A stretch of 64,000 nucleotides of DNA, taken from Octopus vulgaris (lineage: Eukaryota). The stretch lies in NCBI GenBank assembly GCA_951406725.2, contig OX597826.1:77996001-78060000 (forward strand). Direction: 5' to 3'. This document shows positions 1 to 15,006 of this stretch, piece after piece. The position numbers were made by a program, and so were the translations under genes. Under the pieces are notes generated by a model. The model was not told where the DNA came from. It did no database searches and worked only from the letters and a program-made list of their open reading frames with translations. Every line of letters begins with the position of its first letter. The stretch's first letter is position 1.

Positions 1-1790
1 GCGTAAACGAGTGCGCATGCTGAATATGCATCCTACCCAGAGTTCTATTAAATTTAGGATTTAATAGAGTTCTGTATAAGGTCTATGTGTCACTCTGTAT
101 CGTTGTAGTTATTGATGGAAAATTTAGTGTAATATACGACACTTTTTTATTGAGGCGTTTACTGTTTAAAGGGCAAATACCTCAGTGGGGACAATTGCAT
201 TAAGTTGAAGTATCGCATGTAATAAAAGGAACAAATTTATTCCAATTAATTCGAGATAATGAAGAAGCGAAATTATCTGTACAGCTGTAACTTCAAGGTT
301 ATGGCTATCAAATATTTTATGGAACTTACGGTTTCGGAAAGTGCTTATTAACTAAACTTATAAAGGATCGGGTAATGATAAATATGACATTGGAAATGAA
401 AGAAGGAGGTTTCCATATAACATCCCTTCTTCTGGTGTTGATAGCATTAGGGATTTTGTGTGTGGTGTTGGGAAGGAATATATTCTATTCTATTGCTGTT
501 GCCGTTTTCTAATTAAAGCTTCATAGTAAAATACAGGAGCCTGGTTAAAAGTCTCACCCTCAGAAATTCTGGAAATTTTATCATTAATTCTTCAGAATGG
601 TAAAGGATAATTCGATTCTTTGTAAAGATAACCTATGACTTCATTTGGTTTTCTACTAGTGCTGTAATGTCTAAAGAGTTGACTATATTAGCATTGACAC
701 ATACAGTAATCTTAGGGTCAAAATTTTTATAAGTATTAATTAAATTGTTTTCGAAGTCTGTCTAATTTATGGTCATTCTTATTACAGGTTAAGTTCCGAC
801 AGACGTCACTGTATAACCATAATTCTGTGAAATCAAATTTGGAGAGCAGTTGTCTAAAATAAATAATCCACTTGAATGACAGGCTTCGGTTCCATCAAAG
901 ACGCCCACAGGGAGATCAAAACGCTCTGAGCTTTAGGAAAAAGGATCATCGACAGATTGCGGAATCTTCTAGCAAGCATAATGACAGCCATGCCCTAATG
1001 CATGATAATAACATATCTGCTGCTGAATTGTAAGGCTTTCATTAACAGCATTTCGCTAACAGAGGGGGAAAATTCAACGATGTCGGATTGTGTGAATTTA
1101 GTTTTGTTTGTTGTATAAATTATATAACCAACCTATTACTGAAGAGCAACCTTTCTAGAATGGATTGGTTAGAAAATTACATAATTCTATAATTAGTTCT
1201 ACCAAGTATGACATTGACAACACTACCTAAATCCCTTTTAGTAAGATTAATAAGCTTGCATTAAGGATCAGCTATAAAATTAGGTTTATAGTATTTTAAG
1301 GTAATCCGTGGAAACCTAACAACTAAACCGTCAATTTTATTGTCTAACTTAAAGACCAAAGTTAACTGTTTTGTTTCTTTGTTAATAAGGTATTAGCACT
1401 AGCTTTCTTATAAGTCTTTGTAATGTTACAATTTTTCTCAACCTCATCAATGCTTTATTCTATTTGAAGCGACTTGCAATTTGCTAGAATTACGGCAATG
1501 CTTCAAGTCACTCATTAAAATTTCCTGGAAGGTATCAGAATAATTTTCTGAACTTTATCTTCCTTATCATATTCAGGAGGTCGAATTAAAAAGCTTTCGG
1601 TGCTCTAAGCTTTGAGGGCAATTTTTTGTCTTTGATCTAAATTTTCATTTAGATAATTCATCATGCAAATTTTTACGTAACAGTACACTTTCCAACTTAC
1701 GTTTTGAAAAAGATGCTCGCATTTGCGATGCTTCCTCATATGACCATTGCTCTCTGGGATAGTGATGACGGTATAGTTTTTATTGAGTAT
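1..1790 (-). mobile_element. Degenerate Penelope-like retroelement ORF (RT plus start of GIY-YIG region, Neptune-like), runs off the window start
   Basis: Manual minus-strand translation gives PLE motifs in the expected order despite stops and frameshifts: FDLLNMIRKIKFRK, ITLKYYKPNF, CKLINLTKRDLG, SDIVEFSPSV, FDLPVGVFDGTEAC, LYSDV (cf. GLYRDD), VNSLDIT, RKPNE..YLYKESNYP, RRRDVIWKPP, LVNKHFPK, CNCPH*GICPLNSK..VVY. Confidence 0.88.
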
Positions 1791-1983
1791 AGATAGGAAT
1801 GAATATGCGTGTGTGTGTGTCTGCGCGTGATACATAGATCTATACATTAGTATATCTAAATTATCTATCTCTTTGTCTCTATCTTTTTATATCCGTCTCC
1901 ACCTCTCTCTCTCCCTCCCTCCCTACACACACACACATATATATAAAGAGAGAAAGAAAGAAAGAAAGAGAAAGAGAGAGAGA

Positions 1984-2318
1984 GGCGCATGGCTCAGTGG
2001 TTAGAGCGTCGAGCTCACAGTCATGAGGTAGTGAGTTCGCTTCCCAGACCGGGCTGTTAGTTGTGTTCTTGAGTAAGACACTTTATTTCATGTTGCTCCA
2101 GTTCACTCACCTGTAGAAATGAGTTGCGATATCATCGGTGCCAAGCTGTATCAACCGTTACCTGTCCCACGGATAACATCGGTGGCGTGGAGATGGAAGG
2201 CCGGTATGCATGGGCGGCTGCTGGCCTTCCATAAACAACCTTCCCTGGACTTGTGCCTCGGAGGGTAACTTTCTAGGTGCAATCCCAATGTCATTCACGA
2301 CCAAAGGTGGTCTTCTCC

Positions 2319-2320
<2 letters not shown>
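1984..2320 (+). mobile_element. tRNA-derived SINE, family A (Meta-domain-like), full length
   Basis: tRNA-like head GGCGCATGGCTCAGTGGTTAGAGC (A box) and GAGTTCGCTTCC (B-box-like); central TGTGTTCTTGAGTAAGACACTT..CCAGTTCACTCA; inverted copy at 11616-11910. Confidence 0.85.
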
Positions 2321-2366
<46 letters not shown>

Positions 2367-2373
2367 ATGTATG

Positions 2374-2407
<34 letters not shown>

Positions 2408-2476
2408 TGTATGTATGTATGTATGTATGTATATGTATGTATGTGCACATATAGATGGATAGATAGACAGACAGAC
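2321..2476. repeat. Compound microsatellite (TA)n-(TATG)n-(GATA/GACA)n
   Basis: Direct inspection. Confidence 0.95.
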
Positions 2477-2982
2477 ATTATGATTTTGCTTATATAATAC
2501 CAATAAGCAGCTGTTAGAACTGAATAAACTTATGCTCCAGAGTAAAGCGTTAGGCGAGTACAGAGCAGACTATCAATTAATGAATGACAAAAGGACAGGA
2601 GTCACGTAATCACCTCAAATTAGCTTACGGCTGTTTCTGCTGTAACAAGCAGTGCACTCAGAGCTGAGTGCACAAAATGCTCGCAGTAATTTTCTGGTGT
2701 ATTTCTACGTGTATATATAAATTATGTACAAATGTGTGTTTATGTTGTTTATGATGCATAGGAGAGATCTATTAGTGTATATTGTATGCATGTGGGTAGG
2801 TGCATTGGGATATGGGAGAATGTATGGGTGTAATATGTGTGTGAATATTTGAGACAACACGTGTGTGAGGGTATTTCATGTGTACAAAGGATATTGCGGT
2901 TTGTGTGTGTGTGTACATTAGTATTGCAGAGAATAAAGGAGCGAGGGGTACATGAATAGATAGGTAAAGATATATGTATCAT

Positions 2983-3269
2983 AGAGAGAGACAGAGATAA
3001 GAGACAGAGAGAGATAAGAGACAGAGAGAGATAACAGAGATAAGAGAGAGAGAGAGATAAGAGACAGAGAGAGATAACAGAGATAAGAGAGAGATATATA
3101 CATAAGAGAGAGAAAGATAAGAAATTGAGAGGGAAGAGAAAGAAAGAGAGAGGAAGAAAGTATGTGTACTTATTCTGTACATCATTGATTTCTTCTCTGT
3201 CCCCGAGGGCAGCAATTACATAATGAGACTAATAGAATTTTGAAAATACCATTAAAACCATAAATAGAC

Positions 3270-3339
<70 letters not shown>

Positions 3340-3394
3340 GTAGATAGATTGAAAGAAGGATGGATAGATGGATAGCTAGATTGATAGACAAGAT

Positions 3395-3440
<46 letters not shown>
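2983..3440. repeat. GA-rich GAGAGATAA-type array, then (GATA)n and (GA)n
   Basis: Direct inspection. Confidence 0.9.
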
Positions 3441-3444
<4 letters not shown>

Positions 3445-3593
3445 CAAAAAGGGAGAAATAGAAAGATACCTGTGTATGAGCTCCTATATTTATTTCTAAT
3501 AATACATGTGTGTGTGTGTGTGTGTGTTCATGTTACCACGGAAGCCGTATGTAGTGTTGTGAATGTGCAAATGCGCACGTGTATATGTATGTG

Positions 3594-3648
<55 letters not shown>

Positions 3649-5209
3649 GCATACGCACACACACGCATATATGCATACATATAAACGTTTGAATTTGGCG
3701 ACTAAACTACTGGACGGAATGTGCACAGATGCACATTCATACACCACATCACGCACTCACACAATCCTCTATGAATGCATCGTGTATACATCTGCATGTG
3801 TTTTCACGTGCTCTGTGTATGTGCATATATATATACATGTGTGTGTGTGTGTGCGTGCGTGTGGCTATATACTGAATGGAGATAGATTCAGGAATGAAGA
3901 AATCCGTCATCATCATCGCATCATTACTTTCGGCGTTCTTTAGCGTCACGTTTAAAGACGCTCGTTGGTCGGTCTTCAACTGTTTATTGCCATCGATGTG
4001 AAGATATTTAGGAATCTTCATTATTCTGAGATAATTACGTAAAACAGATGCCTGTATTAAGTTCTAGCTATAATATTTTCCACTGAAAGCTGTGTCAATT
4101 AAGCAAGACGCGGACAGAATATAAAGGAAATAAGATTTGTATTTATAATACTCCAAATGTTTTACTGTATTAAACAGTAATATATAAAGAAGTCGAAAAT
4201 CGTTATTTGCTCCGTGTTCACCAAGAGCTAATACGATGGTATGCATATTTATTCGTAATACCTTCCGGCGGATTCGAACGCAAATATGCTAGAGAGAGAA
4301 ACATCTCGCTTTTACAACGACAATGTGTTCATAATACTCTCGGTTCTTTGGTGCAAGGGATTCTCGGACATGTGGGTATCGATACGTTGAGTTTTGTCAG
4401 CCAGATTTCCAGGAACTTTGAGCTTAAGCTGCTGGCTTTGTTTATAATTTCAGCGAAGAAACTGTTTTTCTCTGCTCAGTGCTGATATCTGCCAGTCAAT
4501 AAAAATTTGTTATTTTGAAATTTCGCTGTACACAGTGCAAAGAACGATATTTAATCGGTTTGCAGATATCAGCACTATTTGTTTTATGCTCAAAGTTACT
4601 GGCACTTCTGACTGACATGACACAACATATCGAAACTCCATCTTCTCAGAGTGAGACGAGTGTGTTATCAACACGTTGTCGTCGTAATAGGGTGAGGTTG
4701 TTATTCAGTGACATACACAACAGTGTCTAGTATACTTGCGTTCAAATCTGCCAAAACGCATAAAGAATACGGATGCAGTTCATCTTTGTAATAAAGAAAT
4801 AGATTTACTGCAAATACAGAAAATTATAAAATAGTTTAAGGCTACAAAAATATCTTGTAAAGGCCAAAAGCAATGGCATGCAAATAGCAACATTGCATGG
4901 TAAAACAGCTTTCCGAAGTCAGAAATTGTTGTGGAAAAGATGATATTTTTTTTTCAGTTATTCGATCAACGGTTCATTGGCTGATTGACTGAGTGCGATG
5001 AGCCTTTAAATTGCAAGTACAATTCACACAAAGGGATTCTGCACAGTCTCCGTCGATCCGAATTTACTGACAAGGTTTGAATAGCTGCGAGGCTGAGATA
5101 AAATTATTTGACACAAATTTCACGTGGTCGGATTGAACCCGGGAGCTCATGATTGTGTAGCAGACAACTTAACTAATTAGCCACGCAGCGAGCACATGAA
5201 ATTATTACA

Positions 5210-5402
5210 ACAACCAACACCACAACTGCAACACTACCACCACCACTAACACAATACAACCACCAACACCACCTCCACTAACACCAGTACCATCACCACC
5301 ACCAATACCACCGCCACCAACACCAATACCTCCCACACTAGCACTAGCACCACCACAACATCAATACCAATGCCACCACCACCAACAACAACAACACCAT
5401 CA
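5210..5402. repeat. Degenerate (ACC/AAC)n trinucleotide tract
   Basis: Direct inspection. Confidence 0.85.
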
Positions 5403-6035
5403 TTACTTTTGTAGGATTTTATTCAAGTTTCGACTGCACGTACTTCAGATTTCCAGTTACCAGAACTCAGTTGTTGAATTATTGTACAACTGGCCGAATA
5501 TTCCACACACACTTACCTGTAACATCAACGCGATCCTCGGACAGATTAAAGCTAACGGCGTACGAGAGAAAGACCAACCGCTTTTAATCACTGGTACCAT
5601 CCATTCGAATAAGCTTCCGAACAACGCATCGTTTCCATAGAGACATACCTCTCATAATACTTGAATTATTAGCACACGACTCTGGTAGAACACACGTACA
5701 TAAGGTTTCATACTGTAGAATCGAACCCCGGAACTTGTGGTTGAGAAAAGAACTATTTAGCTATTGGGCCACGATGCGTTCCGCCGCCATCATGCACGTG
5801 ATTTACGTCAGCGATACTTCAACTCTGTTTGCTTAAGTGTTTCCAGCGCGTGATAATGGCGGTGAAATACGAGGGATGGCGGGTGGTGGGGGGCGAGGAG
5901 GAGGAGGAGGAGTAGGAGGAAGTGGCGGATTTATAATCTAATGCATTGTAATAGAATAATTCCTCGTAACTGCATGTCTTCGTCTTCTTTAGAAGAAGCA
6001 ACATCTTTAAAACGATTACGTTGTTTATGTCCACG

Positions 6036-6660
<625 letters not shown>

Positions 6661-7149
6661 CTATTATGTTTACGAGAACTGTTATGATTATGATGATTAG
6701 ACTTATGATTATAATGGTCATTCTCTGTGATTACGGGATGCGACAGGTAAGGACGGGAGTTTGTAAAGCCGTGCCGTATCGGTGTGCTCATTAGCTTGGT
6801 CAATCTAGCCAATAATACTGTTAAGTTGACCTCTACTTCGCTGTATTCATTGAAGTAATTTCTATGAATTTATTGCTAAAATCGTTGCACTTAAAACTAA
6901 GCCCCTTGAAGGCAAGCTGACAGTTTAGTCTATAATTCTATTATCCGATATTTGCAGGGACATATTGCCATTTAATACATCAAACTTCTATGGTTTGCTT
7001 AGCTATTTTCATAGAAATACTAGAGGTGATTCTGTTAGCAGAGTGCTGATGGTGATGGTGCTGTTGTTGTTGTTGGTGGTGGTGGTGGTGGTTTTGTTGG
7101 TGTGCAAATTCACGTTTTCGCGTTAACCGGCTCCTCTCTGCCTGTCTCC

Positions 7150-7400
7150 AGCAATTTGAAGAAATGCGAACGAGATGTGGGTTCCATCTACCGCCGGAGA
7201 GAAATGTGTTCTAATCGTAAAAAAAGAATATCTTTGGTCGTCGGAATGATGGAACCGTGTAGTCCCGATTATGGAAACACTCTTCGATTCCATCCGCTTT
7301 GTTGCCGTTCTTTGCAGTTGTAGAAACCAATGTAGAAGCCATGCGCTGCCTATTCAAAGCTTAAACCAACTTGGGAGCCTTTACTCTGCATGGCTGCAGG
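7150..7400 (-). mobile_element. Possible highly decayed CR1-type LINE fragment
   Basis: Minus strand gives FE*AAHGF..LQRTATKRM..LEHISLRR, resembling LEYAS..VQRRATK..L.SL..RR. Confidence 0.3.
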
Positions 7401-8184
7401 ATTTGTTAGAAATACTAGCCAAATCTTTCTCAAGTTACGTTCTGTTGTTTAAAACAAATGGGGAAGGAAATTTTTTTAAACAATACTGTATGGTCACAGA
7501 TGGAACGTCTTTGCTGTTGGAGTCTAAATAAAACAGTAACAGCAGTAATAACAACAATATAGCATGAGTCAACGAGGGAGTGTCTAAGGAGCGGTTTGAC
7601 CTTCTAGAAATAGCAGCCAAATATCCTTTATTCCTACTTTGAATAAAATGTAGACACTTCAGATCGTGTTGGTTGGTCAAAATTGGAATGCATTTGTTAA
7701 TCCAAAGTCAGCCGGATTAGGGCTGATCTGGGATAAACAACAGCAGCAACAGCAACAACAACAACAACAACAATAACCGAACAGCACTCTTCCTCAGATA
7801 GAATCCCAACATGAACAAATTCCACCGATGCATGACGCAACTCCGACACCACAACCGAATCATTAACATTCTGCACATTCGTCCATTCAATGTATTTATC
7901 GATGGAGATACAGAAATAAATATATAACAGGGAAAGTTTATTTCCGTGACCTTAACTCTGGAACTCTATACGTATATATAGAACCACAGTTTGCTCAAGG
8001 GGAACATCCAGACTACACATGACTTATTTCTCCTTCCTAACAATGCATTTCAATCACAGACACTTTTGTAATGTTTAACAATAGAACTTATGATTTCTTA
8101 ATGAGATTTTGACGCGTTAGCTAAATAGAGTTAACTGTCTTGCCGAAGAATATAATACGGCGCTTGCAGTGGCAGATAAAAATA

Positions 8185-8225
8185 CAATAATAATAATAAT
8201 AATGATAATAATAATAATAATAATG

Positions 8226-8288
<63 letters not shown>
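8185..8288. repeat. (AAT)n microsatellite
   Basis: Direct inspection. Confidence 0.97.
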
Positions 8289-9506
8289 GATTAAATATCT
8301 TGGTTAAATAATGTTCCAGCGAGCTATTCTATTGATGAACAAATATCGATTTATTGATTGCCAATTACATTCTTCAGCCAATGTGTAAAACAATAGCTGA
8401 AGCTCAATAGAATGTTTTGGCTGAGAGGAGAGGTAGATGTGACGTCATTGATATATTATAGGGTTTAATATTTGCAGCAACCGCCAGTAGGGGGAGTTGT
8501 AAAAACGATTAAGCACCGAACTAGAATGCTACACAGTATTTTAATTCCGTCAGAAATCAAAATGAAAAATAATAAAGGACCGTAATTAAATATGAAATAC
8601 CCTTGAGGTATACAGTTGCGGCTCTTTGCATTGTGAGTTCAAATTCCGATGAGGTCATCGTTACATTTACTCCTTCCATAATCGATAAAACGTAATAGCG
8701 GTCAAGTGTTAGCGTTAGTTTAATAGATTTTGCCGACCCGTTCACCTCCACCCCAATCTCAGCACTTTCACATCATCGGACATCAATTTCTGCTGTAACT
8801 ACTGCTTTAGTTCAGATAACCCATGAACGCCACAACATTTCATTTCTTCCTTCCAATAAGCCTATTTTTTTTTATTTAATTGAATAACATGAACATCACA
8901 ACACCTCAGAAATATTGTTCTAGCAGAAAAGAAATATTTCCTTGTCCTATCAAAGGTGAAGCCGCTTTGAATGTAGTTTCAGTTTAATTCAATTAAGCTT
9001 CGTCCGGAAATGTTTATGAAGAAGACACGCTTACTTCAATTTATTACCCCAACTCTACTGAACATTAACGATAACAAAAACTCTGTGGCTGAGTATAGCC
9101 GGGAATAGTATACGTAAACTCTTACCAAAACTGAATATCAAACCCCGTTTCTGTCTTCGCTTGTATCGGAAATATATTTAAGAATACACCTAATTCTTGT
9201 GTCTCTTCTAATCTTAAAAAACATGTCTGTGTAAGAAAATGACGCTCGTCCATTTCAGTAAACCGTCGAAGCGGAGGCCATAGCACGCGTACTTTATTTA
9301 GATTCTGCAGGTTGCAACAGGAGATAGATAGATCACTCATACAGGAAACTTGTGTATGGGGAATTACACCACCGTAAACCGTTTTTCCTGCTAAGGTATC
9401 TTCAGCATATCAAACATCTTGAAGCTTGTTGCTAAATATTTAATGAAAGTCTTGAAGCGGGTTTGAACTCTTGACACTTGGGATCGTAATTTACTACCGT
9501 AGCTAT

Positions 9507-11307
9507 AAAGACTGCTATAATTACTATTTCTGCTACGAGCTTTTTCACTGATGTGTCATCATAATTAATGAAACCAGATATAAATGTATATAAAGCCTCT
9601 CAAATATACCTGGATGAGAAACAATGCCATCCTTAAAACCCACTACATCTCCTCCTCCATCAAGACACACATAAAAACAACACATATACGCCAAAGTAAC
9701 TGTAGTATTAACAGGTTGTCTGGAGCCAAGTACTGTGCTCAGATGCACAAGTGCAGAGGAAATACAGCTGTTGCACTCTGACCGTGCGTGTCAACTTTGC
9801 CCGTCTTTAACTGTTGCCATTTCCAGAATCTTCAAACATTAAGAAATGGACTTCAGAAGACAAGAACACAAAATATGTAGAATGTAATAAAGCATTCTGT
9901 TGGCTTCACTGCAGAATATCGTAGTATGCAGTATTGTCATATGCCAGACAGAAACGGGGTCTAACTGTAGAAGAACAGGGCTTTGTCCTCAACAAGTTAT
10001 TCGGACCGTCTGCCTGCGCTCCGTAGTCATCTGAGTAACCCAACAACACCTATATTGATTGATATTGTTGTTGTTTAGCAAGAGGTTGGTTCTGGAAGGA
10101 AAGATGCGTTTCAATTGCAACCAAGCATCGCATTCTCCTGCCAATGTACGACATTATCCATTGTTTCATTTTCTTTATGACAGTATGGTAGACATCAGGA
10201 AAATTTGGTTTGAAGCACAGGCCGCCATTGTAGTTATGCGTATCGAAGAGAATTATGACAAACGATATCCCAGACACGACCAATTCGTTGAATGTTTATT
10301 CAGATGTAATGATTAAAATTACATTTTTCCAATGAGTCGTTCATCTTTTTTAAAAGTGTCTCGTGACGTTTATTATTTCTCCGAAATTTCGACCTTTTTG
10401 CACGGTATCTAATCAACTCATTGACAGTTCAATCAATAGGGTCGGTAAGGTTCTACGCTAGGTTCCGAACTGGGGGAGAGATATGGGGGAATGTATAATT
10501 TGCATGAAGTGTACGCTGAGTCTAAAGGCACCGCATTGTCTGTTTTGGACAGCACCATTTAGCAAAGGTTACAAACAGGAGGACTAATGTCTACCTGGAA
10601 AATGACAAACTATAAATCACCAAACACCAATAATGAAAAGAACAAGAAAACAAACCTTGCTGATGCAGTATGAAATTTGTATTAACTATTTTAGGGTTGC
10701 AAGTCACCGGTGACGTTGTACATCACGTGATTGTCTATTATCCTGTAATTCGGTTCAACAACTACAAGTTCGCTGAAGATCTCTTTCTTGAAATTCCTGG
10801 ATTCTGGCCCGAAATCATGACAAAGAAGTTTACTAAATACCTGTGGTGATTTTGATATATTCATGTCTAGATATGTATTTTTCTGTCACTGAATCCCTCT
10901 CTTTATGCTTTTGTATTGAGCTCTCCTTTATCTAACACATGGAAACAATATACTGAGTTCTTTGGTGTTAATATTTAGTTCTCTCGTGTCTTTCACACAA
11001 TCGAACACCACCTCACCACAATTTGAATTTTTCAATGAGGAATGCAGGACCGCTTGTGTTTGTAAAAACGAAATAAAGAAACATTAAATCGTCATACATA
11101 GACGCCCGATCGGTTACAAAATATCTAAAGAACTTCGAAGTTCTGTGGGGATAATTCTGTAAGTTTAGAGTAGGCAAAGACTTCTATAATTACTGTTTCT
11201 GTTACGAGCTTTTTCACTGATGTGTCATCATAACTAACGAAACCAGACATAATTAGGAATATTCTAAATGTCTATAAAGACTCTCAAATATACCTGGATG
11301 AGAAACA
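9507..11307 (+). mobile_element. Probable decayed PLE bounded by ~120-130 bp direct repeats (pseudo-LTRs at 9507-9623 and 11176-11307)
   Basis: Direct repeats share TTACGAGCTTTTTCACTGATGTGTCATCATAA.TAA.GAAACCAGA-like and CTCTCAAATATACCTGGATGAGAAACA blocks. Interior has faint PLE-like peptides: DSMVDIRKIWF, FWTAPFSKG, KKTNLADAV*NL. Confidence 0.5.
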
Positions 11308-11615
11308 TATTTTTGGATATGTATAAGACATGGTGAGGGGAATCCTTTTGTGAGTGTAAATAACAATAGTTGGAGTCCAATATAGACCATCACCCTCGAT
11401 AAAATTGCTTCTGATTTTCAGACATTTATCTTTCCTACGCCTACGATAATGTTATTATTAGATTCACACTTACTGCACTCTACCGCTCACTGAATTCATC
11501 GATCTATCTATCGATCTGTCTGTCTACACATATGTCCATATCTATTTATCCATCTATATATGTATCCTGCTAAATAAGCAACTAACTGACTATACATCCT
11601 TATATATAACTATAA

Positions 11616-11910
11616 GACCCCGTTCGGTCATCAATGACAATCGGATTGCGCCCAGAGGGTTCTCCTCCGAGACACAAGTCCAGGTAAGGTTGTTTATTGA
11701 TGACCAGCAGTCGCCCACGGCAACGATGTTATCCAACAGAAAGGCAAATGACGATACAGCTTGGCACCAGTCACGTCGAAACTCATTTTCTACAGCTGAG
11801 TGAACTGGAACAAAATAAATAGTTTTGCTCAAGAACACCAACACGCAGTCCAGTTCGGGAATCGAACTCACTATCGCATGAGACCGACGCTCTAACCACT
11901 GAGCAATGCG
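11616..11910 (-). mobile_element. tRNA-derived SINE, family A
   Basis: Reverse complement matches the SINE at 1984-2320, including the head (CATTGCTCAGTGGTTAGAGCGTCGG..GAGTTCGATTCCC). Confidence 0.85.
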
Positions 11911-11916
11911 ACTTTT

Positions 11917-11917
11917 G

Positions 11918-11965
<48 letters not shown>

Positions 11966-12108
11966 ATATATTATATTTAATATTATATATATATTTATAT
12001 TTGTATATATATATGTATGTATACATATATAAATAGATATATACATATATGTATACATATATATATGTATACATATATAAATAAATAAATATATAAATAT
12101 ATATATGT

Positions 12109-12139
<31 letters not shown>

Positions 12140-12174
12140 CCAATCATTGGTCGAAACACATCTAAGTTTATCTT

Positions 12175-12253
<79 letters not shown>

Positions 12254-12352
12254 GCACAGTACATATGACAGGTACATGGGGATAGACACATGGATGGACA
12301 GACAGACAGACAGACAGATAGACAGATAGATGTGTGTGTGTGTGTGTGTGTT
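11917..12352. repeat. Long (TA)n-rich tract, then (GACA)n and (TG)n
   Basis: Direct inspection. Confidence 0.95.
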
Positions 12353-12565
12353 TGAGCGTGTGCATACGTACACATACACTGGTACACACAAGTAATTATG
12401 TAAATGTATAAAGGGAGAGAGAGAGAGAGAGACCCTAAAGGAGAGAAAGAGGAACAAAGTCAAATTTGAACGCAAACTTGCATTACATAAACAACGCATG
12501 CTCATGAGAATACACGTACACGATACGCACACACACATAAACTCATATACATGTGTGGGTGTGTG

Positions 12566-12634
<69 letters not shown>

Positions 12635-12951
12635 ACAAACGCGCACAGTACACAGTATTTGAGGATATGTAGAAGTAAAGAGTCTTATGAGTGTATGGTA
12701 AAATGGGTGTGTGTATATGGATGTATGAATGTATGTGTAGGCGCGTGTATGTTGTAGTTAGGTGTGTATAGGCTTCGATAAATGTACACAATGTAAACAC
12801 GTGTGTCATTAACACAAATCACTGATTCCTTGCCTGAATCATTCGCGAAAATTGAACATTACGCAAGATGTAACGTTTGCGACACACTAATCTAATAATC
12901 CGACCAGATTTGAATGACATTCATAAGCCAGGCCCTTCTATAGAATGATCT

Positions 12952-12996
<45 letters not shown>

Positions 12997-13073
12997 GAGA
13001 GATATAATATTATATAGATAATTATAAAATATCTACATGTATATATACACACATATATGTGTGTGTACACATG

Positions 13074-13124
<51 letters not shown>

Positions 13125-13339
13125 GCGTGTATGTGCGTGTGTGTGCGTGTGTGCCTATGTGTGAGTACATGTATATGTATGTATACATATCTTCATACGC
13201 ATTTATATATTAGACATGTTTGCGTATTTCGGGAGGTGAGAGTTTTGTATGTGTGCGTGCGTGTGTGTGTGTGTTTCTGTTTCTGTGTGTGCATATATCT
13301 GTACACTTGTATCTCTCAGTTATTCCTCAAGCATACTCA

Positions 13340-13427
<88 letters not shown>

Positions 13428-13428
13428 C
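13340..13428. repeat. (CA)n microsatellite
   Basis: Direct inspection. Confidence 0.97.
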
Positions 13429-13546
13429 TCGATATATACATATTTATATAAATGAATTCTATGACGAGATCTGCAGGAAGGAGCGCATAATCGGAGTTAT
13501 ATAACACAGCGCCTCTCTCTCTCACCTTCTCTCCCTCTCTCACTGA

Positions 13547-13600
<54 letters not shown>

Positions 13601-14247
13601 ATGTTTGTATTTATTTATGTAAACGTCAACAGCATGTTTACCGTACGAGAGCACACACCAGCATTTAGGTTTTTCCTAGCTTTGCTGCCGCATGAAAACC
13701 CGTCCATTTGTGTCAACACCCAGAGACGGTTAACCCATGTCACCGGTGTTCTCTACCCACAAAGGAAAACAATCGAAGAACCGTAAGACATATTCAGGCA
13801 ACTGAATTTTGCGTCAATGCCTTTAACAACTAGTAACCCCGTATGACGTGAGGAACTTCCATGGATCGAGCCTACGTACCTGAGGTGAATTACATCGTTT
13901 TGTGGTGGAAGTTTTCTGACTGATGACAGAGGATGCACACGAAGAATCGTTTCACGGCTCTCCTGCAATATGTCAGCAGAATGTCAGGCATTAGGATGTC
14001 GTCTGAAAGCTTCCGAGTAAAAATGACGTCGATAAACATGAGATTAGCCGACCATGGACGAACCGTTGTTGTATTAGCTCTCGCTTTGTAGGGTGAGATT
14101 TTGTAATCCAGTGACTACAAAATGAGAAGATTAATATAATACAGGATGCCGGAAAAGGATAGGGTGGCAGATAAGCCACTAAGTGTTTGTTTGTTTTTTT
14201 TTTCTGCAACATAACCGATGTTCTCTATTGAATTATCAGTTTATATA

Positions 14248-14630
14248 AGGCGACCAGCTGGCAGAACCGTCAATACGCCGGACGAAACGCATAGCGACTG
14301 TTCGTCCGTCATTACATTCTGTATCCCAATCCTGCCGTAGTTGACTTGGCCTTTCACTCTTTCGGAATCGATAAAATTTGCACCAGCTGAGCACTGGGAT
14401 GTAATCGATTTATTTCCACCCACAAAATTTCTGGCCTAGTGCCATCAATTTATGTAAGGTGGCGATCTGGCAGAATCGTTAGCACGTCGGGCAAAAGGCT
14501 TACCGGTATTTCGTCCGTCTTCATGTTCAAATTCTACCGAGGTCAATTGTGACTGGCATCCTTTTGGGATCGATAAAATAAGGACCAGCAGGGCAAAAAC
14601 TGCTGGCCCCTAGCCAAAATTTAAAGCCAT
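14248..14630 (+). mobile_element. Two tandem degenerate SINEs, family N (Nin/Deu-domain-like)
   Basis: Heads GGCG..CTGGCAGAA.CGT.A at 14248 and 14458; core similar to GTCGACTTTGCCTTTCATCCTTTCGGGGTCGATAAAA. Confidence 0.75.
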
Positions 14631-15006
14631 TGTTATGAATTTATATAAATCACACAAACAGCTGTCTCGAAAATGTCATCTCCATAGTATCTGCGATTTA
14701 CACCAAGCTGTGATGACTAAAAGATCATATAATGCGATCCGCCGAAGGAAAGTCCTGAAGGAAAAAACTATAAATTATAGACCTGAAATAGACATACATG
14801 TAATATATATGAGTATATTGGCCCAATATACCCATTAATATCCCTCTTTAAAATCTAGTCGTAACAGAGCAGATATAATAAGGAATGAATGAATGTAAAG
14901 TAGTGGAAATACGTCGCCCAAAAGACATTAACGAGGACGTAATCAAACCAACACCGTTTGTCAAGCAGTGGCAGGGGGGCCAAATACAAATACACATGTA
15001 AATATA

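Noticed and set aside
1984-2055. Possible tRNA gene (also heads at ~11900, 25950, 40470, 61210)
   Set aside because: No proper acceptor stem; each continues into a SINE body
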